From Lottia gigantea (Eukaryota), in the NCBI RefSeq assembly GCF_000327385.1, contig NW_008709380.1, positions 1,401,552-1,465,551 of the forward strand: DNA of 64,000 bases. The letters are read 5' to 3'. How positions within the stretch are numbered: position 1 is the first letter of the stretch; every line of letters begins with the position of its first letter. The notes under the pieces were generated by a model. The model was not told the DNA's origin. It saw nothing but the letters and a program-made list of their open reading frames with translations, and ran no database searches. Position numbers and translations under genes: made by a program. Of the stretch, positions 26,091-38,504 are shown one piece after another.

Positions 26091-27182
26091 CCTTTAAATG
26101 CTTAAAAAGGTAGCTGTGTCATTACATCTTTTAATTACAAGGCTTTAGATGGTGAATAGACCTTAACTGGTATTCATTGATGTCCTGAATTGAAGAAAAA
26201 GCAATCTTCTTGTCTGTAGGCAATTCAAACTCGAAAACCTTAGTGAAAAACTGACAGAAATTTGAATGACTATCTTTCAAGATCCTTCCTGAACTAAAAC
26301 ACGTCATTAGTGATCAGGAAATGTTATTGAAGGAAACTTCATTCTTTATCAGTTTTTGTCAGATTTTTGTCAAATTGGAAGAATCTTGTAATAATCAATG
26401 GTATTGATGGAAATCTTCCGATATATTTCAAGATTCTTCAAGTGTCTGTCGTGTTTCCTCTCGCCAGCTTTATCAATTCCTATATGTAGTTTATATCTAT
26501 GAAACTAAAAATGAAGAACTTGTTGAAATAGAAATGAATAGATATCAAATTGCTAATTTTTATGCATCAGGAAAAAAAATGACATTTTGAAGAGTACTTA
26601 GAAACTTTTTCCACCGCTTTGTATTCTGCCGTTATATTTCTGATTATACGTTTCATTTACTTTTATTTTTATGACTGCACTTGAAAAACGCTCTATAATA
26701 AAAAAAAAATATATATATAATTTAGAATTGTTCAAATAAAAGCTATTTCTGAATTATAAAAGGAGCCATGGGTATTTTTAAGAAATTTAGCGTGCTCGCT
26801 GACATGTATGTCCAAGTTTGAAATCACGCCACTTTCCTTGAAAAGCTTTCTTCAAAGCACAGTGTACACTGGCGATGCTCTTCTTCTGACTTATTATGAA
26901 CAAGACAGTTGGACGTAAAATTTGATTAAATTTGCAAATCATTAAAGTAAGGCCAGGGAACCCAATTTTCTATAGAAACTGTACTCTAATCCCATTAACA
27001 ACCCGGAACAGAATTTTAATATTTCAAAAATATATGACATCGTCAACGTCTAATATTAGGCCCAAGATTAACTTCAACTGTGGCATTTCCATGTATGGTA
27101 AAATCAATTAGTTTGTATTTGCTCATAGACGTTGAATTTTGAACGCTATAAAGCTTTCATCGGCCAGCTTATCTTAAGATGG

Positions 27183-27252
27183 CCCTTTGTTGATATTTCT
27201 ATAACTTTGTTGATATTTCTATAACTTTGTTGATATTTCTATAACTTTGTAC
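27183..27252. repeat. Perfect 20 bp tandem repeat (CTTTGTTGATATTTCTATAA), about 3.5 copies.
   Basis: The repeat is directly visible in the sequence. Confidence 0.9.
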
Positions 27253-27562
27253 AACTAGCTATAGTCAAAGATATTTCATCCGGATTCATATCATAACACA
27301 AACATGATCAGTCCACATAATTTTCAGGTAGAACGAATAGAAATTATAACCATTAATCCATTACCCCTTACACAACCTAAAAGTAAAATTGACTTCTCGT
27401 GTTTATGTTTTGAATTGGACGCTGTCGTGTAAAATTCTTTGCTCGACTATATAAGGCAGTACATACAATGGCCATATAACTTGACATCTACCAACACGAC
27501 CATGATGGTCAAAGTCTGAACGGTTAACCATTATAACCATACCATTTTTTCCTCTCTTTCAG

Positions 27563-27817
27563 GTTGTCCGTATGTTATTCGTGGTTGTGCTGGTGTTTGC
27601 TACTTTATGGATGCCATATCGAGTTATCGTAGTTTACAACTCATTTGCTACCAACAAATATATGGACCTATGGTTTTTACTTTTTTCACGGTCAATGGTG
27701 TATATAAACAGTGCTATCAATCCCATTTTATATAATGCTATGTCAGTCAAATTTCGTCGTGCCTTCAGAAATCATCTGTGCTGTGGTAGGTACATCTTTT
27801 ATAACTTTAAGACTTGA
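27563..27817 (+). CDS. TRHR-like: TRHR-like GPCR, exon 2. It encodes TM6 (FATLWMPY), TM7 (NSAINPILYNAMS) and helix 8 with a palmitoylation-type CC motif.
   Basis: An acceptor ctctctttcag| lies at 27562/27563 and is in phase 0 with exon 1. The translation VVRMLFVVVLVFATLWMPYRVIVVYNSF...LWFLLFSRSMVYINSAINPILYNAMSVKFRRAFRNHLCC matches TRHR [26 protein letters not shown]...[37 protein letters not shown]. The exon may end instead at a G|GTAGGT donor at about 27785/27786 if a further C-tail exon exists. Confidence 0.75.
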   Translation, partial: VVRMLFVVVLVFATLWMPYRVIVVYNSFATNKYMDLWFLLFSRSMVYINSAINPILYNAMSVKFRRAFRNHLCCGRYIFYNFKT

Positions 27818-30800
27818 ACTTGATTTCATAAATGTTCAGTGGTCAAAGTTACCTGCGTCAAGTAAAATAATCGGATGCAGGTAACAGTGGGGTTCTATAT
27901 AAGTCGTTTGTAATCCTTTATAGATGAATTATCTGAATGCATACTGAGTTCCTCTATTGATCGAACTTCCATGTCTATAATACTTTTGATCTCATAAGGT
28001 TCCATGTTTCCTTATTAATAAATTGTAACTGCACGAAGGGTATTGTTCTTTGAGGTTTTGTCGCTCATCAACTGCTGGGTTGTTGAGTTTTATGCCTAAA
28101 GCTTTCGGCTTGGTTTTGATGATGGTTTTTGCATGAAGGTGGAATGAAACATATCCTTTGTTTCACTCAATGTTGTATTAGATTAATATTTAACTATGCA
28201 GAGCTAAAGTTCTTGCCTTCGGATTCCAAACATTAAAGAAATAAATTTATTGATCAGAAAGTTTCCATTTTTGTGTACTTATAACAATATCGTAACAATA
28301 CTAAACAGTTGGAATCTAAAGTAAATTAATTTTCTGTAGAAATGAAGAATTAGTTTCAGCAATCTTTGTAGTTACTTTGAAGCAAGAAATAGTTGCATAT
28401 ACATGTACTTCGCTGTCTGGCGTAGCGTCAACAGTTTAGCTTTATAATTGGCTGTCATAAAAACGCTCTCTTCCACAAAAGGGTGTTCCTTTTTTCTTTA
28501 TTACAGCCTGAAGTAAGCCTTTTTTACGTTTCAAAGCATCTCTTTAATACATTGAAGATTTCATCAGTCGGTATTCGGATATCCGACACTGCTTTGAGAT
28601 AAAAAAAAAATCACATGAAAGAAAACTTGGTACTTTCTTCTACCAATTTAAGATAATAAAAAATGAAAGAGTGTTAAGCGAACATGAGATAGCGGCAAAT
28701 CGTATTTGACCAGCTGATTTGATGTCAGTCTCTATTATTAGACCGACGTTTTGTTGATCTTTGTTTTTGAACTTTTTTTTCATAGTGTAATATTCTGCGT
28801 AAAGTCGGTAAATATTTCTCTAACATTGATATTAATTCTGCTTAATCCTGTCATATTTTTTCTTTTCTTTGAACTTCGCCCATGTTCCACAAATTCAAAG
28901 GCAGAATTTATGAAGCTACCAATCAAATAACTGTGTTATCGAGAGTAAATGTAATTTTTGCCGTATTATTCAGCCGATTTGATAGACTGTAGGGCGGAAA
29001 CGTCATATCTGATGTTGATCTTCCTTTAAAAGTACTAAATCGGCCATTGATTACATATAGTTTGAGTTATCATCAAAACACACCAATGACTATGTAGTAT
29101 TATTAAGAACCTAATATGTGGATTAGTTTTCATAGATAATTGTTCACAATAAAATAACCAAGGTCACAATTTGTCACTAAAGTTTTGGGGTTGAAGAGCT
29201 TTATGAAGTGTATATGCTTGCATTAGGCATTCAGTTTATTTTTTTTTATCTAACTTTGCACTTTCACTGTAGGAAAAGTCATAAAATCAGAGCAGTTTGT
29301 ATGAAATGCCCACAAGGTTTGGATTTGAAATTACTACAGTAAACACTTTCACTTATCCGCACTGCACTGCACTCCCTGATATTTTATCATATTTACTACG
29401 CACCTGGTATTTAAATTTAAACATCTTTAATATTTTCTTGCATTTTCTTTAAAATTCTTATAGAACCTCCCCAATTACAAAAATACGGCGTCTGGTTTAA
29501 ATTACCATATAACATCGTTAATTTCAAATTACTGAAGTCTTTGAATTTAATATAGATTATTTCAAAAAGTTCACGACCATTAAACTGATGATATTCTCAA
29601 ATAAAGAGACGCGTTTTACCATAACCATCATGGATCACGACTTCTGCTCAATCTGTCATTTCAATTTTGCACCGTCTTTGCGTTGACGACGACTGTACAA
29701 CAGTTCCACAATTCCTGGGTGAAGCTTAATTTTCTGAATTTTATACCGCTTTACATCCATTTTTTTCAATTATTGAGTATAACATAATAGGATTGAAACT
29801 TAGGTCTATCTTTTGTTATATATATTTTATTATATATCAATTTGCGACCTAGACAACTGAATCGAAATATGACAAAACAACTAAAATGACTTATATGAAT
29901 ATTAAATTATTTATGGTGAAAGTATACATATATGACTCCTTCATATCTTTACAGAAACATTGATCTAATAACATCTTATTGACATTCACACTTGTTGTTT
30001 TTAGACAACCTATTATTATTGTGAATGGTTCAATCTAAAGTTCGAGATGACCAAATTTGCTTTTAAAAGTTACAATGACCGAGTTTGTTACGACACGTCA
30101 TACATCATAGGTTTTTGGGCACCAGACGTATCTGACTATGAAAATTTGTGGATTAGAATCAAGCTAGCATCTATACAGTTAAAGATGCCCTAGGAATTTC
30201 CAAAAACGGCTTTTAGTTCTCGAGTTTATTCACACTAAATTGTCAGTTTCTCTCTTTAAATGATGGTGTTCTACTAAGTCGTTGACTAAACTACATAAAA
30301 AAGTTGATGAGAAATCTGCTGATAGAATGTAGCACTGTAGATGCTCAATTCAATAGATTCTAATAATCTTGAACAAATATTGTTGAACATACATTCAATA
30401 TTAAGAAAATAAAGCTTCTGTTTGTAAATTAGGAAACGGGCATGTTCAGAAATACAGCGATTAAAATGCCAAGGTAAAAAAATCGCTTAAAAGAATCGAG
30501 TTGCATTGATTTATATGGGGATAAACTCGATGAGAGATTAGGAAATATTGATATTCCAGTTCGAGATAAGCGAAGTCAATCTCATCAAAGCATCATACTG
30601 AACTAAAATAGATTTATCCGAGTAACGAACACGACACTTTGTTTTCTACGGGGAAATCATAGCACTTGATTGACTCACAAATACATGAACAATTTGTGGC
30701 CTTTCTTCAATTTTAAGGCGTGAATAAGATGATAGTCTGGGTAAGTTTCAATAAAATGAAAATGGAACTTTTGTGTTCGGGTAAACAGTCAGATATCAGA

Positions 30801-31446
30801 AGATTTATTTCACATAATGGTGGTTGAATTATGATTTTGTTATGCACGTCGTCTCCAACCAATTGCCATGCTCAAGCGAAATGAAGATGGATTTAATCTC
30901 TTGACAGTTATTGTCTGAAAGTTGAATAATATATCGCCGTCTTACACACCTGATACCTTTAATCTCTTCAAACCCAGAAAATAGCCTATGTAAAACCACA
31001 TTTCTAATGGCCTCAAAGACGTTGTATAAGTTTGAGATCTTCTTCGATTCTTTTTGTGGTGGAAATCGAGAGTGACATAGGCAGTAGAAACAGTGCCATA
31101 CCCCGATTCGTTTTTTTTAAAGGTATTTACGCAGAATGCAGATATCCAATGATTTTTTTTTGGTAGTGCCTAAATGCTAGTATCCTTTTTAAGGAAAATA
31201 ATGAGTAAATGATAGGGAATTCAGACTTGCTGGACAATGCGCGACCATGAATCGTGAAATCCCATAACGTACGAGATATCAAACTAAGCAATAGATTTTC
31301 GTAGTTTTAACTTCATCTTTAAGTTTTGTTAGTTAGTCGCTTTTTTATTAAGTTGGGCAACAAACAGGGCGGGTTACTGTTAAATCTATGCTTGACGCAA
31401 TGCGTGTGCTCGAATGCAGACCCATAAACTGTGTTTCCACTGACAT

Positions 31447-31474
31447 AAAAAGCCGGCTTAGAGCCGGCTTTTTT
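31447..31474. other. Perfect palindrome or hairpin AAAAAGCCGGCT-TAG-AGCCGGCTTTTT. A related 16 bp palindrome AAAAAGCCGGCTTTTT lies at 31599-31614, and an analogous AAAGCTAGCT-TAG-AGCTAGCTTT lies at 31926-31948.
   Basis: Directly visible in the sequence. All three sit inside the GC-rich element. A further inverted repeat CCGAACCGTTA...TAACGGTTCGG lies at 31494-31530. Confidence 0.8.
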
Positions 31475-31674
31475 GTGTTTTCACTGACAAATTGCCGAAC
31501 CGTTAGCGTTCGGGAACCGTAACGGTTCGGCAATTGAAGCTTTTCTCGTTCGGCAATTTATCGGGGGCCAAATGAAAGCTTTCGTTTACTCAGTGGAAAC
31601 ACAAAAAGCCGGCTTTTTCTCGTTCGGCAATAGGGGGCGTACTTGTCTTTCCGGCAGCGCGCGCAACTTTAAAA

Positions 31675-31938
31675 ATGGCAGCTTCCATAGCAAACGGATG
31701 GACAGACGAAGAGACTCTCTCCCTTTTAGAAATTTGGGGCAGAGGGGATATTCAAGCCTTGTTGGATGGAACCATCAGAGACAAAAAGGTCTACTTAAAA
31801 ATAACTAAAGAGTTTAACGATAGTCTTGTACATCGCGTGCTGTCAATAATGTGCGACTTTATGATCGAGACCAAAGTCGTTCGGGAACCAGAAAAACTCA
31901 GTGTAAACGCAACGTGTTCGGCAATAAAGCTAGCTTAG
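31675..31938 (+). pseudogene. Truncated Myb/SANT-like (MADF/Myb_DNA-bind_4-type) DNA-binding domain ORF.
   Basis: The first ~40 residues of the translation MAASIANGWTDEETLSLLEIWGRGDIQALLDGTIRDKKVYLKITKEF match the W-[ST]-x-x-ET-x-x-L-[LI]-E-[IL]-WG...IQ..L.....[RN]..V[FY]..I signature of the Harbinger-associated Myb/SANT-like domain. The expected C-terminal QC..K..NLK..Y helix is absent and the other frames are closed. Confidence 0.45.
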
Positions 31939-33069
31939 AGCTAGCTTTCCTTCACAATTGTCAGTGGAAATGCAGTTTATTTCTCTTTAAAATTTCATAT
32001 CGCATACTTGTCTCTTTTCATCGAGTTTAACAGAAATTGACAGTAAAATAAAATGGCACTGGATTTAAGTTAAGCTACAGTTTTCTTTATTTCGCTCTAC
32101 TGCATTAATGATCATCAATGACTATTAGTAATGTGTAAAAGTACAAGTGACTCGATACCATACTCGAGTGGTGCTAGAAATATTTTTTTATTGACGATAT
32201 AATTGTTAATAATTGGTGTCAAGCGTTAAAATCATTATCCAATCATCTAAAGCGATGGAAAACTTTAAAGTTTCTAACAACTGATTTATTCAATAATGAT
32301 CATTAAATCTGATCATGCATGTCTTATCTCGGCTTTAATTTTTTTCTACTTAAGTCTTTAACCATTAATTGATTTTTGCATGATTTTAAATGAATTCACA
32401 GATCACTTATTTGTTGTTATTTTATTACTTGCACTTTTCAAAAAAATTCAGATTGTGTATTTAATGTGTATGTTTCAAAGTAAACATTGGTATGGAGTGA
32501 GATGCTTTGTCAATTGAATAAAATTTTTAAATCGGAACCACGTATCCTTAGCTCTCGCCGAACTTATTGAAATTACCGGTTAAATTGCATGCGCAATAAC
32601 TCAACTATGTATTGGTGCATTATTACTATTTTTACTATTTGAATGAACATAACAATGTTACAGCAAGATTATACATAGCTCTTTTCGGCTTTTGTAGGTA
32701 CTCAACAGCCTCGCACTCCGACCTATGTTTACAGTGAAATGGCCACAGAAATAACCGTTCGAAAAGCAACATTAAAAGAGAAAAACCTTGGACACTGTCA
32801 AGAAAAAATCCGTTTAGCTGACGTTGATACAGAGCCCGAACCACTAAAGTGAACATTCAACAGGTACATGTCCTTTCTTGTCGTAAATGTGTGCATGTTT
32901 TTGAAGATGACCTTTTCGTCGCCACAGAACTTCACCCACGTTCAGGTCCTTTAGCCAGACATGTTGTTCGGAGCGGATAAGTAATATATCCGAAGGGGCA
33001 ATGGTGTATGGTGTTTAGTTGCAGTAATGAAAATGGTTGGTTGTTTGTTGTTTTTCAGGTTTGGGGAGG

Positions 33070-33081
33070 GGGGGGGGGGGG
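33070..33081. repeat. G12 homopolymer followed by a C-rich tract (CATCGCCCCCACTCCCCGTAGCTACGCCCCTCCC) extending to about 33120.
   Basis: Directly visible. It shares a CCCCCACTCCCC motif with the C-rich modules at 3221-3240 and 38531-38550. Confidence 0.8.
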
Positions 33082-36000
33082 TAATCCATCGCCCCCACTC
33101 CCCGTAGCTACGCCCCTCCCACGTTTTTAACGCTGGGGGCTTATGTTGACAAAATTTTTTAGAATAAAATATAGCCTCGCCACTTTACTTTTTGGGTAGT
33201 TAAGGAGGAGTTGTGTAGCTCGTAACCGTCTTACTTGAATTATGTTAGCTTTTTGTAATCAACTCTGATTATGGAGATAAGATCTGGGTAATATCAAGGT
33301 TGCTCGACGGCAACTTCAGTAATATAAGTGAGACCTTAGTGAATTCGTCTCGAAGTAAATCTATTGAAATGGAAAATGGATTGCAATCACTCAATAGACG
33401 GTGCTATATTTTTATAGTTACAGCCATTCAACATGCGACAAATTCTGAATTATATAATACTGTATAATTATGCCTGCAAGACGGGTATGTTTGCTTATAT
33501 TTCATAGATGTGACAACCGTCTAGACAGGGTCTGCAAACAGAATTGGCCTTAATTTCAATCCATGTGTCATCCTATATGATCATATTTGGTCACATTCCA
33601 GACACCATTATTGTCTATAACAGCTGTTTGTGACAACCGTTATGGCCACAGCTAAGAAATCATGGTATAATGATTACCTCATTACCGAGGCACAGCTAAC
33701 ATTACTATTGTTCTAACAGTCGTCATTTCCGTAATACAGACAGCATAACAGCGGTATTTGACACCAATCAGGATCACTCTTAGAAAAGTACAATTTGACC
33801 ACCCACCACAGACCCAATTACAGAGCTAAAAATAAAAAAAGGAAGTACCGACAATGATGAATCTCAAATAAGAAGCAAATTACAGAGAAGACAATTAAGA
33901 GGATGGCGACAATGTGATACGAAGTTAAGAGGATTGATAATGTCTTGGACAGATAATAACCACATTACAATTCTATGTCTACTACTCTCTATCTATCATC
34001 ATTTGTCAACAATTGTTTGATAAGTTTCCCAATTGAGACAATACGGTAAATGCATCCTACAGTATTTGTCTCAGAATGATGTTATTGAGAGAAGCTGATA
34101 ATGAGAAGACTGTGAATAATCCTCATTATTCCCACCTAGATCGTGGTTGCACAACTAATGCCAAAGGATTTATGTGCTTTAATTAAAAAAAACTCTTTCT
34201 AAATCAATTCCATCCGAGATACAGTTTTTTAAAGCCTGCTCGTATCTTATCGAAGTTTTATATTACGTACTTCGTTGTAAGGAAAAGCTTCTCTCGGGTG
34301 GATAATGTCCAGGTTGACTTTGTGCCTTTCTTGCTGGAAAAAGTTAATTTGAAAACCTATTGATTACGATCTGGAAAATCAGACTACGTATTACTGATTG
34401 TGTTAATTTAGTTTTGAATCAATTATGGGGGTTTTGTCATTTCTAGTCGGTTAATTTGTATCCGGATTTGTAAAATAGTCCTGATGGATATTCTTATATT
34501 AACATGGTCTCAACCAGTCATCATAGGATTTTGCAGATCAATGTGGTGATTAAGACAGATCATCAATCAGTATAATTGTTCTGTAAGATTGTAGTTTAGG
34601 CTCTTTATCTGTCAACATAAGCTCAGAAATCAAGATCTCAAGATGTGGGTAGGCTCTACTAGCAACTAAATTATTAGCGAAGCAAAATACATATATTGAC
34701 CGTTGACAATTATATTCTTGTTTTTATTTTACATCCAATGACCGGGCGCACACTGGTTGTCGGCTTTGCAATGTATTTCATAGACTTCTGTAAAAGGCAC
34801 GAAAAAGCTTCAAGCGGAAAGTTTTGGGGTATTGTATTTTGAAATTGATTATCGAATTGGGCCATATTTTTGAAACAAATTGCGATAATTCTAACTTTTA
34901 TACAGAGTAAAAACGCAGAAATATAAATTTTCGAATTTCTTGTTTCGTTTTTGTTACAATAAATAAACCAAGTACTAACGATCCGAACCGCAAAACAATA
35001 TTTTTGCGAAACATAGCAGCTATTGAAATCGATAACATTCGTGTCCATCGTCCACTTAGGTGCATTCATAAGCTTCCATTTGGTTTATGTAGGCCATAAA
35101 ATAGAAAGTCATGTCTATATTGGTTGTTGTTACATTCATTTTAACCAGGTCGTCCAGAAATTCAAATAATATCAGTAAAGAGTCAAAAGACTATTGTGTT
35201 ACCTAAGACGCCAAAACCTATAAAATAGCGGACGTAAGCGCCACGTTTATATTATTTTTATCTCTGGTAGGGATAAAAGCAGTTTTAATACCAAGAAAAT
35301 ATCTTATTATAGAGATAATTATTTCCGGTCTGGGAGAACCTGAGTTTTATATCTTATATCTACTGCCATAGCAGGATGTAAAACAGAATTTTATCAATAT
35401 TTTTATGGGACAAATTATAGAAAAAGAGGCTGCTTAACTCCTTTTCATTCTTCAGCTTTCTCCTTTTTATTTTCTCTGATATTAAACGCACCATATTGCT
35501 ACGTAAATAACTTAAAACGTTAGAACATAAAATAATTTAACGACATTGAAATTTGTTGTTTTATAAGCAACTTGACTCGACTGATCAATTTTTATTTGGT
35601 TATTATAACCTTACCTGTTGTATGGTATAATGGTATTATGATTTTATGTTCTTCTCTTTTCAGGTTTCGCCAAGCGCCCATTGAGAAAGGAATTTAACGA
35701 AGAGGTCTTTGATTTTCTGGCTTTGAGAGTGAAGGCGAAAGTGATTTAAATGAAACCATAGTGCGCATTGATGTAACTCTAAATTGAATTTTATTTGAGA
35801 ATTGTAAAAGATTTTGAAGAATTACAAAAATAAATTAGTTCTGTTCTTTTACTAGTTCCGTGTTATGGATATAGTTCTATTTCGTATGTGTATAAATGCA
35901 CGCCGCGGTGCAACCACTGTAATTACATTTTAAAGGTGAAAAGGGAACAAATCAGTGGGAAACTAATTAGATCGGCAAGATATACTGTAATTACTTCAAA

Positions 36001-38130
36001 TTGTCTTCGTGTGCAGATGATTTTTCAGACTGTACTGGTGAAAGTACAAAGCAATCTTGAAGAAACCTACGGGTTAGATGTTAGACTTGAGTCGTTTTTA
36101 TGTATCGATGTGTGACAATTGCACGAATCGAGAGAAAATACAATGAGAAAGTAATTTTATTTGAATAAGTCTGTTCGTTAAATACTGGGTACATGGACAC
36201 GTTTAAGTCATAAATGCGACGATGGAGAACTACTGTTCAGCACTGTGCCTTTACTGGTCATCATTGTCTTTTGTGTTCAAAACTGTGCCTCTGTAATAAA
36301 CACAAAGTTACAAGCACGGGGTGTAGGTAGGCGTAAATCCCAATTTTCTTGATTTGGTCAGTGATAACTAACTAGAATTTAAAGCGTGCATCATGTGTAT
36401 TTTTCACAGAAATCCGATTCATATATTCCACGATGGTGCAGTATTGACAAAAGCTGGAAAAAGCTGAATATAATCTCCTGCATTATTAAGTATTACGAAT
36501 ATGTCGAAGCTTACGCTGAATAAGCATTATGTAATGATACAGAACAGGAAATTACACTCAACTGCATTGAAGTTTTGATGGATGAAGGTGTTTAAGAACA
36601 GACAGTTAATTCTGTTAGCGTGTGGAATAATATTATGTTTCTTTATTTGAAAGAAAATTTTAAAACCAAATTAAATCCAATAAATCTCATCTACATTATT
36701 TCCAATTATTGTCAAGTATTAAGACTCTCTTCGGTCTCGTATGTTAAACTTAATGATACACGTTTCACACACAAGACAATTTGAAATGCCATATAATGCA
36801 TGACTTTCCTATCTGAAAGTTTATGTTCCACGTAGTATTTGCTGGTGAACAGGTCCTTGAGTCCAAATCCAAAAATTGTTTTTTCGCTTGCAAGACCCAA
36901 TATGCAGTCTTAAAACATAATGTCACTCTTTGATTTGGAGATCTCTATATTCTTTTAAACAGTCAACGTGGATAATTGATTTCTAAAAAAAAAAATAAAA
37001 AAACATTTTCCAACACCTATAATCAACATGTATTTGGCCTCAGTCGATATAGAAATCCGCTTTAATACCAACAGCTCTATTTTAAATCTTGTTTGTATTG
37101 ATTTTCTATTATTTTTTTTTAAGTAAATTCCTCTAAAGCTACCTTCTTATTTTTTTGGTCTTCCTGAATTAGAGTTGCAATCTTTCATTAGTTTTTGTAG
37201 TTTACTTGCACTATATATACTAAACGCCAGAAAAAGTTTTGAACGGTAACAAAACCTACATGCTGTTATGGTTTCATAGTTATGGAATGTCGTTATTAAT
37301 TGCTTTCTCATTGAAATAAAATTTAATTCAAAATATCTTCTTTTTTATTAGTAAACTTCGCTAGCGAAGGATGGGGTGGATGTTAGTAGCCTGAAGGTTG
37401 CGGTCAACTAGCAATTCAATGCATCATACCGGAACAGTCAGTTCTGCAAGTCATTCACCCCACCCTCCGCTTTTTCAAAAATAAAAAAAACATTTGAAAT
37501 AATACAGAGTGTACTGTGATAGTAATCAGTACAAGCAATACGATTCCGTTTATCAAAATCTCGTCCAGACCATAGCAAAGTCAAAGTTGTTTTGTAGTGG
37601 ACTTCTGGAAAGAGAAGAACCATCAGGTGTTTCGAAAAGAGAGTATGCTCTGCCTCGAGCAGAATTGTAAATTGATCACGTTTGAGGACTTAGTGCTTAC
37701 ACTACTATTAAACATATTGCTCATAACATACAATATTAATTCCCAGTTTGTTTCCATATATATTTTAGTAGCGAGGGTAAAACATTTAGACCTTGATGGC
37801 AATATGGTTTGAAGTCAATGAACTGAAGCTATCATATGGCAGATTTCTGTGTTGTAATATATTTTGTGAAATTAGGTTACCAAACCTTGAAATCTTATGT
37901 CTGGATAATATCATTATGATTTTCACACACACGATATCATTACTGGCAGGAAATGACACCCGATCCTAATATAATTACATTATATAGGATAACTTGCCAC
38001 ACAAGTTAATATACGCCCATTGGCAGCTTTGATTTTGAATAGAAATATTTGGCAGTACAAATACAATTATGAAATATTCAACATTAAGCTATATACTTTT
38101 GAACTTTTGGGGTGATGTACTGAATAACAT

Positions 38131-38500
38131 AACCAAGTTTCATCAAAAGCTGTCAAGAATTGTGCCTTTTAGAGTGTTAAAGAGCTAATTTTTGGAGGCG
38201 TTTTCAAGAACAAGGGCAATAACTCATACAAAATATTTTCGCTTCTTCTGATTTTCAATAGGGTTTATTCTTGGGTGTTTTGAACACGCACAGCAAGTTT
38301 CGTCAAAATCCGTCAAGAATTGTGCCTTCTATGGTGTTTACGAGCTAAAACGCGTTTTCAAAACCAAGGTCAATAACTCATACTAAATATTTTTAGATTT
38401 TCAATAAGGTTCATCCTTGGGTGATAACCAGCAATCACACCAAGTTTCGTTAAAATCCGTCAAAAACGGTGCCATCTAGAGTGTTTACGAGCAATAGATA
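38131..38500. repeat. Tandem repeat of a ~150 bp unit, about 2.5 copies (…AAGTTTCRTCAAAAKCYGTCAAGAATTGTGCCTT…GGCAATAACTCATAC.AAATATTTT…GGGT…).
   Basis: Copies at about 38131-38283, 38284-38430 and 38431-38500 align by eye. The repeat is followed by the C-rich module at 38505-38562. Confidence 0.7.
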
Positions 38501-38504
38501 GACG

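Larger units (their letters stand above)
31424..31982. mobile_element. GC-rich ~560 bp element bounded by ~22 bp imperfect inverted termini (ATAAACTGTGTTTCCACTGACA at the left and TGTCAGTGGAAATGCAGTTTAT at the right). It carries multiple palindromes, five GTTCGGCAAT motifs and a truncated Myb/SANT-like ORF. It is a candidate Harbinger/PIF-type non-autonomous transposon.
   Basis: The termini match at 20 of 22 positions in inverted orientation. Flanking TAA on the left and TTA on the right resemble the TWA target-site duplication of PIF/Harbinger elements, but they are not identical. Internal GC content is far above the flanking DNA. A second inverted copy of the left-end motif lies at 31590-31613. 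Confidence 0.45.

Noticed and set aside
31447-31474. A GC-rich hairpin followed by a T-run, which looks like a bacterial rho-independent terminator.
   Set aside because: The surrounding sequence is clearly eukaryotic (spliced TRHR-like and carboxypeptidase genes, PLE retroelement). The hairpin sits inside a palindrome-dense transposon-like element. I interpret it as a structural or protein-binding palindrome, not a transcription terminator.
31348-31808. ORFs 31348-31533 (-) and 31572-31808 (+) in the GC-rich element.
   Set aside because: They overlap palindromes and repeated motifs, no domain is recognisable, and they are out of frame with the Myb/SANT-like ORF. They are probably spurious.
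34710-35069. A 119 aa minus-strand ORF.
   Set aside because: It has no domain similarity, its AT-rich codon usage is indistinguishable from background, and about one ORF of this size is expected by chance in the window.
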